Notes under the pieces: generated by a model
What the model was told of the DNA's origin: nothing
The model's input: only the letters and a program-made list of their open reading frames with translations
Database searches by the model: none
Program-made: the position numbers and the translations under genes
Part shown: one piece after another, positions 22,001 through 32,936 of the stretch
How the letters are laid out: every line of letters begins with the position of its first letter
Position numbering within the stretch: the first letter of the stretch is position 1
Assembly: GCA_964035545.1 (NCBI GenBank)
Contig: OZ037768.1
Span: 8,588,741 to 8,652,740 of the forward strand
Length of the DNA: 64,000 bases
Origin: Bugula neritina
Lineage: Eukaryota; Animalia; Bryozoa
Direction: 5' to 3'

Positions 22001-25000
22001 AGAGGCACAGGGGTAATTTTAACTGTTTGAATTTCCCCTTCCTGTCACCACTAATAAATCAGTTTTACCACTAGACCACAGCTGCTCCCTTGAAAAATAT
22101 TTGAATGTTTTACTAAAACTGAAATTAATTTTGTGTTGATGATCTCTTGGAGTAACCTATTGCATGGATCTTTTATTTTCGATTATGTGCAAATTATTAT
22201 TTGTGTACATACATGGTGTTCCATTTTGTTATGTTATTCTAATGTTTATTATTATAGTACTTGTTATATTAGGACACTAATATGTTGCTACTGTTACCAC
22301 CTGCCTGCATCCTTCTGTAAAGTGGCAGACATTTGGTGGTTAGTTGGGTGAAAGTACCCAACACATTTGACCAAATATTGTTACTTTGTAAGCCTTCCTG
22401 TTTATTGAAATATGTTCCCCTCGTACTAAACTCAGCATGTTTTCTGTAGTCGACCTAGAAAACTTGATATGTCCGGCTTTAATGCGTCTATTCTTTCCGG
22501 AAACTATGCCAGAAGAGCACAGGGCAGAAGCTATATCAGTGAGTATAGCCCACAGTTCATAACTTTAGCAGCACAACTGACTATTATATAAATTGTGTTA
22601 GTATTTCTCATTTCCGGCTGCCTTATTGTCAGCCAAACCACTACATTTCTGTGACTGAAATATAGTTTTTATCAAGAGTTATCTTCTTTTTTATTAGATT
22701 TTCACACTTGAGCTAAAACTTGCCACCCTAAATGTAGGGAGAACTTTTATTTTTCCATGCTATGAGTTTTTTTATGAAAAGCCAAGTTATAAAACGCACA
22801 ACTCAAAATTGGTAGAACAATGTAAATACTCTTGGGTGTAATCATGTAGAATTCCTAACCAGTCTCAGTTCCATGTTCCAAATAATCATATTTTCATATT
22901 GAATTTAATAACCAGAGATGGGTGGGTTGCTGGTTTTTTTCACTAAGCCTAAGTTTATGCCATGATTTTTCAAGAGCTTATTGCATGCTTCAGATATGTA
23001 CATCACTGTATGTATGTGCAGCAAGTTGATTATTGTTGTTCACCGAGCCTTTCAAAATTTTAACACACATCGATGTATGTAGTTGGTGGCTGAATTTTAT
23101 TGATGAGCAAAAACTCCCCCCTCACCTGGTTAACATAAGAATGTTGTTATTTTAAATCTACCAGTTGATGTCATTTTACTTTTGTTTACTTCAAAGATTG
23201 ATGATGTTTTATAAGTTTGCCGGCTGTGAAATTGACATTTTTCATTTTAATTTCCCAAAACCTTTTCAGAGCAGCCTGTAAATCAGGTATACCTTATATA
23301 CAGGTAGTTCTAGCTCAGCAGTACCGTCACTTTAACTGTTTCAACAATAAGAAACTATATTTGACCAGGATAAGACAATTCTTCAATTAGTCATTCGTGG
23401 TAAATTTTCTGACTGCATTCAAAAAGTTCTAGAAATAAGAAATAACTGTTAGGAAAAAATGAGACCATGCAGCTGGTGCCTCTGTTTATCACCAGCCTTA
23501 TTGTGTCTAATTATCCAATTTGTTTCGACTGAGTGTGAATATTAGTAGTTTTATTATTACTTTGATAAGTGGTTGTTTACAGCAAAACAAGTTACATTGA
23601 ATTCATTACAATCCATCTACCATCTTTATTAAACATTTCGTGATGAGTTTGAACGTGACAAGTCAACAACACTTGAACTGGTGTCGTTGGGTCATATTGT
23701 GTTTTTAACGTTATGTCAAAGTAACCAAATCACAGATCAATGTAACTTGCTTGATCAGTATCACTCTGTAAATGGGGCTGGTAGGTTTGTGACTGAGCTG
23801 AGAGTTTGTCTTTGACCAGTTCAGAGATGATATTACGTTACTGGTATACATATCAGCAGCTGCTGGGTTGGGACCACCACTCTGGTAAGTGCTGCACTTT
23901 TAGATAGTCTTGATAAGTTGGAGCTGTAGAGTGGGCCATATGGAGTCACTGCAGCCACTAGTAGCGCACAAAGATTATCTTGATTGGCTTAGTAGTTCAC
24001 GATGGTTGGAAGTAAACAAAATGATGTGGTTTGACCTCATTTGCATATTGGAGTTTAGTTATATGCTGGTTAATATAGTTCTCCCCTCTAAGATTTGAGA
24101 ATAATGAGATATGCGGTTACATCTATCATGATCATGATGTTTCAACGCTCAAAGCAACGGTTGACGACTGAAGCTATTAGCTGGTGCCATTGTGTGAAAG
24201 ACATGGGTAGTGAGATGTCGCACTTTCAAACACCTCACTGCAATGTCTTTTATGCAAAGCCACTTGACATTGGTTGAGTGAGGCAAACTGCGCATTTTCA
24301 AGTGCACGTTATGTGCCTGAGAGACAATGTAATGAATGGTTGTTAATCATTGCTCTGTTCTAATTCTGGGATGGCAACAGTAAATTAATCCAGAAACTGC
24401 TGTGAAATAGACTATTGACTTGGTGGAAGGGTTGATGTCAGTTGATCTTCAACGCTAGTTATGATTATACTCGCAGTCCTCTCTTTACCACAATAATGAT
24501 ACAGGTGTCGTCCTACAGGTAAGACTGCTGTATTTACCTGCTTTTAGTGGTAAACATTACTAAGTTTTTAAACTACAAGTATAAATTGCTTTTTGCTTTG
24601 AGTTTGTAGCTAACTTAAATAACTATACCGATACTAATAGTGATACTAATACTAACATCAATATGTAGATATTAATGACATAAACTTAGTTCAGTTATTT
24701 TGATTTTATATTTTGTAATACTACTATGAGCCTTAGGTAGGATGTAGTGTTGTTGTGGGTATGTAAGATATAGATGCATACATATACGATTATCATTATG
24801 TATGTTATACTCATAAATATGTTTACAAAACATGCTAAATTGGTGCTTAGAGTTAGAGTTAGTAACTGTAAGGCTACATCGCAACCTAGCTAATGCTAAC
24901 TGAATCATCCTTGTTTTGTTAACTTCAAATGTTTTGCCTTTTTGCTTTACTGTTTTGCTCGACAGGGGCTAGTATTAGTAACTGTAAGTTTAAATTTATG

Positions 25001-28000
25001 TAAAGAAAACTGTACTTTTGGCGGTTATCTTCATAGTAATACTAATAGCAAATCTAAACACTTTGAATTCTCAAATAGCCTAATAGATTGACATAGAAGA
25101 AATACTAATGAAGAACAATAAATATAAGAAAAACTAAGTCCACCAAGTATTATGATTATACAAGAAAGAGATCTCTTTAATTGTAACGTAGAACAATTAT
25201 TTTATGCTATAATATCAATTTTTCAATGTTATGTAATTCACTTTGAAGATAGCCTCATAACTTTGAACTTGCTCTAAATACATGTAGTTTTAAGAAAATT
25301 GTGCAGGTCCTTTTTTATAATATGTTCATTAAAGGACAATGCTTGTTTTTTAATTTACCCATTTGCTTGGATTGCCCTTTGTTGGTTTTAAATCTATATA
25401 TATTTAATTTTATGGAAAAATTTTGATAATGACTTTTCAACACTAGGCCTGATCTTTTGCCAAATCCTAGTTTTTAGGCTATTTATATTTTATAGCTGGG
25501 AAGCCCCCATTTGCTAAAACTAAGTTATATTCCAGCAGTTCCCCAGCAACTTCTTATTTGAATTATTTAATTATATTTGTGCACGAAATGCTTTGATAGT
25601 TTTCTTTGTTCAATTTAGCTGAAGCTGTAGCTGCATTAATGCTAAGCAGTTGTATAACAAGTCATTAAATCTGGCCATTTGTTGGATTTCAAGTGTAAAC
25701 TGGTGTTTCTGCCTGCCATAACTTTGTAATGAAAAGCCCCAGCTGAATGGGGCTGTAATTTAAATTTGAAAAGCCCACACAAATCACTGGTAAAGTCCAT
25801 TCATGAAAGATCAGAAGATACTTGAGTCTAAAGGGTTGTTTATTTGCTGATCTCAACAGCTTCAAGCCAGTGGGGCACCTGTGGTCAATGCTGATGTGAA
25901 ATAAACAAAATAAACAAGTAAGGCAGTCTCTCGCCTGTCTTCTATCGTCATGTACACAAGTGTATCTCCGCAGCAAAGAGTTGATAATAGAATCTACTAG
26001 TCAACATGGCAGTGACCCCTCAACTATCAAAACAGTTGTGATGTGGTGGTTTTGGCTCATATCACAGCCTGCTTTGATACTTGAGTGTTCATTTAATTTC
26101 CATGAACAGTGAGTTAGAAGTTAGACTGCCTATGCCCGCACTTCGGCTCGGCGCTGTATGGATTATTATACTTCAACTGGTGGTGCTATCAAAGCTGGAG
26201 TGATCTGCTGTAATACGGACATATCACAGCCTGCTTTGATAAGATTACTGGTGGAACTCACTTGCAGCTTAATTCCTATTTGATACATCCATTTAGCACT
26301 ATAGTTATGTATGTCCATCTGTGGTTTTCAAGTGTTGGATGTTGTTTCATAAATCTTCTTGATTGTACTACTTTCCAAAAATAATGGCTGGCAGATAATT
26401 TCGAGACAATACTTTTTGTCAATTATGGTCCATCTTGACCCCTCATAGAGAAACCCTAACTATGTTCACCACATAGCACGGCTATTAGTGCCCAATGCTC
26501 AGTGTGCCTGTGTAAGTTATGAGGGATGGCTCCATGTAACTGCTTTGTGTTGTAGTTGATGGTGAGGGTTAGCTCACTGGTCAATCACAATGTGGTGGAG
26601 AACATGTTCCTGCCCAAGTTCTGTGATCTCTGCTCGGAGTCCATGTTCCACATCAGGAAGGTTTGTGCCACCAGTATCGGAGAGATGTGTCGAGTGGCTG
26701 GGCCAGAGCTAGCAGAGAAGTTCTTGGTACGTCTCCCTTCCTCCAGTAGTTGTAGTCTATATTCTTGTTTACAGCATAATACCAGTGCTCTCTGCTGCAC
26801 ACCATACGGTGGGCCAGCTACTATTCTAGCCTTGATCAAAGGCTACCTCATAGTACAATTAATTTTATTTGTCTAGTTTTGGTTGCCTTTCAGTTTTCTG
26901 TGGTTTCATCAGAGATATAACCAACCATACAACTGATAGCTCGAGAAGTACCTGCTTCTTTGCCCATAAATACTCTCTACAACTCTATATTTTTTCTTTA
27001 AATTGAAGTGTAGGATCCGGTTGATATCAGACTGCCACTACTGGCTGTGGAATAAACAACTTTCACTAACCACAAGTTGGCCAGATTGAATATGTACACC
27101 TCCCTGCCTCTTCAGGTGCACTCCACTCCTGGGGAATGTGGAGTCTAGTTTATTAGACAGATACTGTGGTTTCTGTAATTCATTGATGGAGTTGTTGAGG
27201 TTTTTTGAAGAACTAACTGGGGGAATGAACATCATTATAAAACATCTCCTTTCTAGCCTTTTGTTATAAGGCATATTATCAGTTCTTGTAACTTTGGCTA
27301 TTGTAGCTGCCAAAATTCTTCAACCTGTGTGAAGATGGCATATGGGGTGTGAGAAAAGCTTGCACGGAATGCTTTATGGAAGTTAGCAATTCCTTGTCTC
27401 CCAATGCAAGGAAAACTGAACTGGCTCAACTGTATGCCAGTCTTCTATGCGATCAATCTAGATGGGTGAGTATATTGTGCAACTCAGTGGGAGTTGAAAT
27501 CTAGCCCGTTAGCCCTGTACAACAGCTTCTACTTTAGACTTTGCCATCTGAAACCATTTTCAGTAACAGCAGTCTATACTCGAATCTTGGTGAAATCAAA
27601 GCCTCCATTTTTTCTTAATTTAAATAAAAATGAATGTGTTAGCTTAGTTTGTGTTCCTACTTGTAATGAAGTTTCATTAGGGATTCAAATTAATTGTTGC
27701 AGTTGGCCACCAATTGGCTACTTTTTTTCTCAAAAAAAGTTGTTTTGCATTATTTTCCTGAATTAAAACCAGTTATTCATGTGACCTTTACTCTTAGTGC
27801 AGCACAGGAACATCTGTGGTCACTTTGGGAATGAACCAGGATGGTAAAAGTTAAAACCATAGACCACAGCAGCAGCCATTATCATAATCAGTAATAAAGT
27901 TGCCAATAAAATATGGTTCAGAATCATCCATTGTAATATCTGGCTGTTTGAACACTTCCCAGTGTACTGTAGGTACGAATGTCTGCATTCCAAGCCCTAG

Positions 28001-31000
28001 GACCTTTCATATCCACCTTTGCTAATCCTAACACCACTGGACTTTACTTTGACGAAGATGGCATACTCAGGGTGCAGCAGCCAGCCCCAGTAGAATACCA
28101 ACAGAAAGGTCTTCTACCAACAGCTCCAGCCGAGACTGTCACAGCTCCAGCCGAGACTGTCACATCTGTAGGTGGACAGGAAGTCACATTAACTGATGAA
28201 GATGTGCACACGTCTAGTAATAGCAGTGGGTGAGTTTCATTCAACACAAGTACTGGTCAGTTATATTTGTAGTTGCTTCTCTTGTATAGGTATAAACTTG
28301 TGCATAGCATGTCTGAGCTACGAGCAGTAACTGTATTTTGTAGTGAGACAGAATCCAATTCCCAGCCAGTTACTCAGCTAAAAAATGCTGAAGAAAAGAC
28401 CAACTTGGGAAAAGAATCTGGCTCTGATAGTGCAAATGTTTCTAAAGAAGTTAGTATATAAATACCTATAGCAATATTATGGAAGTGTGATGCTTGTGAA
28501 GTAATAAAAGGTTATATTTGCTGATATCATCACAATTATATCCTTTGCTATGGCATGGAAGTCATGCTTAGCTGATTGCACAGTAATTCTTGGGTCAAAT
28601 TCAGTTCACCGTGCTTATTATATAGCAGAGAGTAATTTCTTGTGACCTTCATCCCCTACACTGCAGCGGGATCGCTGATCATAAAATTGATTTATAATGC
28701 GAAATGCTTGTCACCAAAATTGTTATAAATTACATTTCTAGTCAGTTGCTGCTGCCAGTGCTGCCAGGATATAAAGGATCCATCTGTATGACGCAATATT
28801 TTCTGCAGGTGACATCTGAACAGCCCTCCAGTGGTGGCCAGTTGCAGCAGCCCGCTGTCGGAGAATCTGAACCCAACAAAGTGGATGAGTTTGGATCCTT
28901 CAAGTACTGGAGAGAACCCGTCCCCACCCTTGATCTCGATTCTATACTTCAAGAAGTTAGGCAACAAGATGATTCCAGTAGCGCAGCGGCAACCGGTGAA
29001 GATCCGTCACAGCAGCAGGTGAAACTCTAAATAATTTCAACTCTGGAACTAAGCTACTAGTTGAGAAATGTTAGTGTCATTTAGTGTTTGGTTTACCCCA
29101 GTACCACCATCCTCTGTTACACACTATCTAAGCCTGACATAGTGCCAGCACATTGACTGACATGTGTGTTCCTCTGGGCACGTGGCAGATTTATATACCA
29201 GCATTGCTGCTTTGTTTACCAGTATTTATGGTATGGTAGGCTACAATGTTACTGCTTGTTGTCACAGAAATCTGCATTGAGGACAACTGAAGAGAATTTG
29301 AAAGCATTGGCTACCAGCTTAGAAGATGGTATTCCTATCAGCACTGGCAATGCCATTCAAGCACAGCAGCAGTCTTCCAGTCAAGTGTCTACCTTTGTGT
29401 TTGGTCCAAGCAGCTCGCCAGTGTCTGCTGGGACCTTCATAGCCATGCCTCCCCCCACTACTTACGCCTCCATTCTAACCGGCAACAGCCTTACAGCCAC
29501 TGCCAAACGCAACAAGAAGCTGAGCGGTGAGAGCAGTGGGTACGAATCCAGTGGGTCATTGTGGGAGCTGATGGCAAAGCAGCAAGTAAGATGTCTTATC
29601 ACTCACTCGTTGCAATGTGGACTTTCAGTCAAATGGCTGTTTGTTAGTTGGCTATGAAAGTTTTCATGCCATTGACTTACTCCAAATTTAGGTGTGTCCT
29701 CCAGACTAATTAATTCATACAGCTATGGAATCTGCCGCTTTTGGTGCAAAACTATTCAATAATATTCTCATTTATTCAGGACATCATTCCACACTTGTTA
29801 TTGGAGAATTACTTAAGTATGACCGATCCCTCGCGGGCACAGACTGTGGATACAGATATTGCTCAGCACTGTGCATACAGCCTGCCTGCTGTCGCCTACA
29901 CACTCGGTAAAGAGAACTGGAAATGTCTTCGGTCTCTCTACGAGACTCTAGTCTCAGATATGCAGGTAAACTGATGTGCAGGTAAAATGCAGCAGCTTGT
30001 ACTGTATGCTATATATCTTTATTATCTAATACAGTTATTCCATTCCCTGTAACTGGTTGTGGTTTATATAAAAATAACCTTTTACACTCTTCTTGGAATC
30101 CAGTGCCACCTGCTCACCAGCACTTACTGTGCTAATTAGTTAAGTAGCTTCTCTCAAGATTAGGTCTGCAGTGCATGAGTTCAGTGGGTATCCGAGATAA
30201 GATGATAATTTATAGCCCTCATCATGTCATCCACCTCTCTGTTTCTTCACTTACAACATTTGAACTCTGTTCTGTGTGTCTTGTAGTGGAAGGTGAGGAG
30301 GACCCTTGCATTCTCTATACACGAGTTGGCCATCATCTTGGGTTCTGAGCTCACACACTCGGATTTAATTCCAATATTTGATGATTTTATAAAAGATCTT
30401 GATGAAGTTCGAGTTGGCGTTCTTTCACATTTATCAGATTTCTTGAAAGTAAGTTTTTATTTGGTTATCCTCCTCTACTAATGAATGTTTGTGCATGATG
30501 ATATCTTAAAAACAAGGTAAACCTGAAACAGGTTAATGCCATTGGTTATTCGTACTGTCTGAAACTTTCGGGAATGGTAAGCCATATTGTTGTGTTGGCT
30601 ATCGCAACATCTCATTGTAGACTTTTTGTTCTAGTTGCTGAACAAGGAATCACGGCGGTCATATTTGCCAAAAATAAAGGAGTTTTTAGAGACAGATAAC
30701 AACCGAGTGTGGAGAACAAGACTGGATCTAGCAATGTATGTGTTATGATCCTTTCATAAACGTTGTGATGTCACTAATTTTGTTCATTTAAACAGAAAAT
30801 TTCACTTTTCTCTGGTGTTGGTCAGGGGGCACCAACACTATTTGCTCGTGTTTTTGTGGAGCATTTATATATGTTCAGTTTTTAAATCAGTTTTCCTGTG
30901 CATCTTTCATAATTTATTATCCTACATTATTGCAACATATATTTCTAAAAGATTGTGTAATATTATTGCAGTAGTATTTGGTTTGAAGTTCAAAGATCAA

Positions 31001-32513
31001 TCTGCCTTACCTAGTGACAGTTTAAGTGTATGGCCATTTCATGACATTTTAACTATGCTGATCTGCTTTTTACAATTTTATTTTAGGCAACTGGTGAAGT
31101 TATGTCCATTGTTTACATGCTCAGAAGTGGTAGAACATATACTGCCCATAGCAATGAAACTGCTTTCAGACAGGGTTTCAGATGTCAGACAAGCAGCTTT
31201 ACCACTGGTAGGTGCATTGCCATTTGTAAAATACTGTAGTTAAGCCTGACACAAACGCAATTAATCATTTTATTCACACAGTAGTGATGTCTTGGGTGCA
31301 GTTATGGTGAGTTATTTACATTGATGTATTCTCATCACAAAGCAGATTCAGTGCAAGTGGAAATTTTTAAAGTGCATATCATTTCCTAAAATACCACATC
31401 ATCTTGACTTGTGTTTACACTTTGTTCTCTGTCAAGTCATCAGCATAAAATTATTCCAAATTTACTCACAGCTACTTTAGCTACAGCAATCTTTCAATGC
31501 CAACACACTGCAGCTCACAAAGACTTGAAACATTCTACTACCAGGGTGGAGTAGAGTTCATTAGACCTAGATATATGCATATGCATTAGTTCTCTTGTTT
31601 TGTAATTTTAGCTCAGCTCAATATTAAATTTGCTGAAAGAGCCTGAACAAGACCAGCAAAGGTTGATGCTGATAAATGATTTGATAGAGAAATTAGCGCT
31701 GAGTGAAAAATGGCACGCCCGGCAAATGTAAATACCTAACCACTTCTCTTTTTCTGGTTATTGTGTCACTTGTGACATTTGAATTAATTAGCTCTCATTT
31801 ACATTCTACGGCCAGTAAAGAAAATTGTGACTAATTTTGAATGAGATTATAGATGTCTATTTCAAGTTTTCCACATCTTGACTTGCCGATTATTTCTTAG
31901 ATATGTTCAAGGATGTCACAGAGTATTGAAAGATCATTCCATCAAGTCTGATCAATTTTCTAAAGAATTGCTTCCCAGTATTATCACCCTCAGCATTGAT
32001 AAAACCCCTAATGTGAGAATTTCAGTAGCAAAGCTTCTGTCTCAAGAATTGTTACACTCTGGTAGGTTGGGAATGTATGCTGATTACTACTAGTCTTTAT
32101 ACTGTACCATAACCTTTATGTGTGTTTGTACTGCCGAACTGAAAACTTCAATCTCAATATTATGCTGTAAAATTTGCCAACACATGCAGTTATGGATATA
32201 TAATCAGCTTACTATGCGAAATATGAGAAGACAACTTTAGTGCTAATTTATTTGTGCTTACTTTATTCATGGTTTCTGCATTTCAATAGATTATTTCACT
32301 GGCTCACAAAACCCGCACCATGATGATTTGATGAATGCCGAAACTAAGCTGAAAGCAGATGTTGACTCTGATGTAAGATATTTTGCAAATCTACCCACCA
32401 AGAAACTACAACAGGTAACTTGAAATATATTTGTTTGTAGAAAACTTCTTCCTTTCTAATTTGAATAATAATTACTGTAAAACTGTTACGTTGTCTTTTA
32501 GGTGAGTGTTTGA
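16088..32513 (+). CDS. PPP4R1: Serine/threonine-protein phosphatase 4 regulatory subunit 1 (HEAT repeats), about 926 aa
   Basis: Exons 16088-16094, 18768-18809, 18905-19025, 19162-19265, 19491-19642, 20160-20220, 22450-22538, 26556-26726, 27307-27465, 27973-28229, 28344-28449, 28809-29018, 29268-29585, 29780-29965, 30287-30448, 30635-30735, 31087-31207, 31612-31727, 31901-32061, 32290-32414, 32502-32513 (2781 nt, in phase). Motifs EPSVRAE, DNQVRKTAQ, MFHIRKVCA, IWGVRKAC, SRWVRMSAFQALGPFISTFANP, HCAYSLPAVAYTLG, SDMQWKVRRTLAFSIHELA, KDLDEVRVGVL, DKTPNVR, DSDVRYFA. First and last micro-exons are less certain. Confidence 0.95.
16190..17400. repeat. Low-complexity hexamer-periodic tract at the start of PPP4R1 intron 1
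   Basis: For example gtgacagtcacagtgagtgtgacactcacactgagtctgacactgacagtcacact and actatgaatatgactatcactatgagtatgagtataagt; boundaries approximate. Confidence 0.8.
20507..20547 (+). ncRNA. Putative minimal type I hammerhead ribozyme, probably from a Penelope-like element
   Basis: GTG-CTGATGA-GGGG-AGAAA-CCCT-GAAA-CAG-GTG-CTGT-A-CGC. Full catalytic core, 4-bp stem II, stem III ACAG/CTGT, GUA cleavage triplet, weak 3-bp stem I. Confidence 0.55.
24185..24262 (+). ncRNA. mir-71: microRNA mir-71 precursor
   Basis: Mature TGAAAGACATGGGTAGTGAGATG at 24195-24217 matches miR-71-5p; the arm CACCTCACTGCAATGTCTTTTATGCA at 24231-24256 closes the hairpin. Sense orientation in PPP4R1 intron 22539-26555. Confidence 0.96.
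24630..25050. repeat. Patchy hexamer-periodic low-complexity tract between mir-71 and the mir-2 pair
   Basis: atactaatagtgatactaatactaac, agagttagagttagtaactgtaag, ctagctaatgctaac, agtattagtaactgtaagt. Confidence 0.55.
26019..26085 (+). ncRNA. mir-2: microRNA mir-2 family precursor, copy 1
   Basis: 3p mature TATCACAGCCTGCTTTGATAC from 26060 pairs with the 5p arm TATCAAAACAGTTGTGATGTG; closing stem CTCAA/TTGAG. Confidence 0.95.
26172..26256 (+). ncRNA. mir-2: microRNA mir-2 family precursor, copy 2
   Basis: 3p mature TATCACAGCCTGCTTTGATAAG from 26222 pairs with the 5p arm TATCAAAGCTGGAGTGATCTG; basal stem TGGTGGT/ATTACTG. Confidence 0.95.
28120..28161 (+). repeat. 21-bp coding tandem duplication (TAPAETV x2) in the PPP4R1 disordered linker
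   Basis: acagctccagccgagactgtc repeated exactly twice. Confidence 0.9.
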
Positions 32514-32936
32514 GCAGCCAGTGGCAGACGCAAGTATCCTCTACAGCACTGCTTTGGCCAAGTTCCAGCGATTCCAACAGAGATTGCAATATTAATTTTT
32601 TTATCTAAGAGAATTTAAAATTCCTAGCTGATAGAATTTGTATATAGTGTATGACTGTATGTGTTGCTGGCCATATTTTTATCTGTTTCAAGTGTATGTG
32701 ACCAAAAATTAGCATTTCATCAACTGATGTGTCCATGTATAAAATTTGATACTATTTATTTTATGATTGAAATATCCCAAATTAGTAATATTTTGGAAAC
32801 TGTTATCAAGAGATTAGTTTAAAATATATATAAAAATTACTACAAATATGTTGTTGGTTGAAATATAAATTGGCATACATAAATGTATTCCACTACATCT
32901 CACTAATACCAATTGCTGAAAACTGTTGGCAGCCCA

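Noticed and set aside
24281-24382. Possible H/ACA snoRNA (hairpin, AGACAA, later ACA)
   Set aside because: The second hairpin is poorly formed and misplaced relative to the H box; more likely pri-miRNA flanking structure.
26019-26256. 22-bp direct repeat with unique spacer, superficially CRISPR-like
   Set aside because: The repeats are mature miR-2 arms within hairpins; the context is eukaryotic and there are no cas genes.
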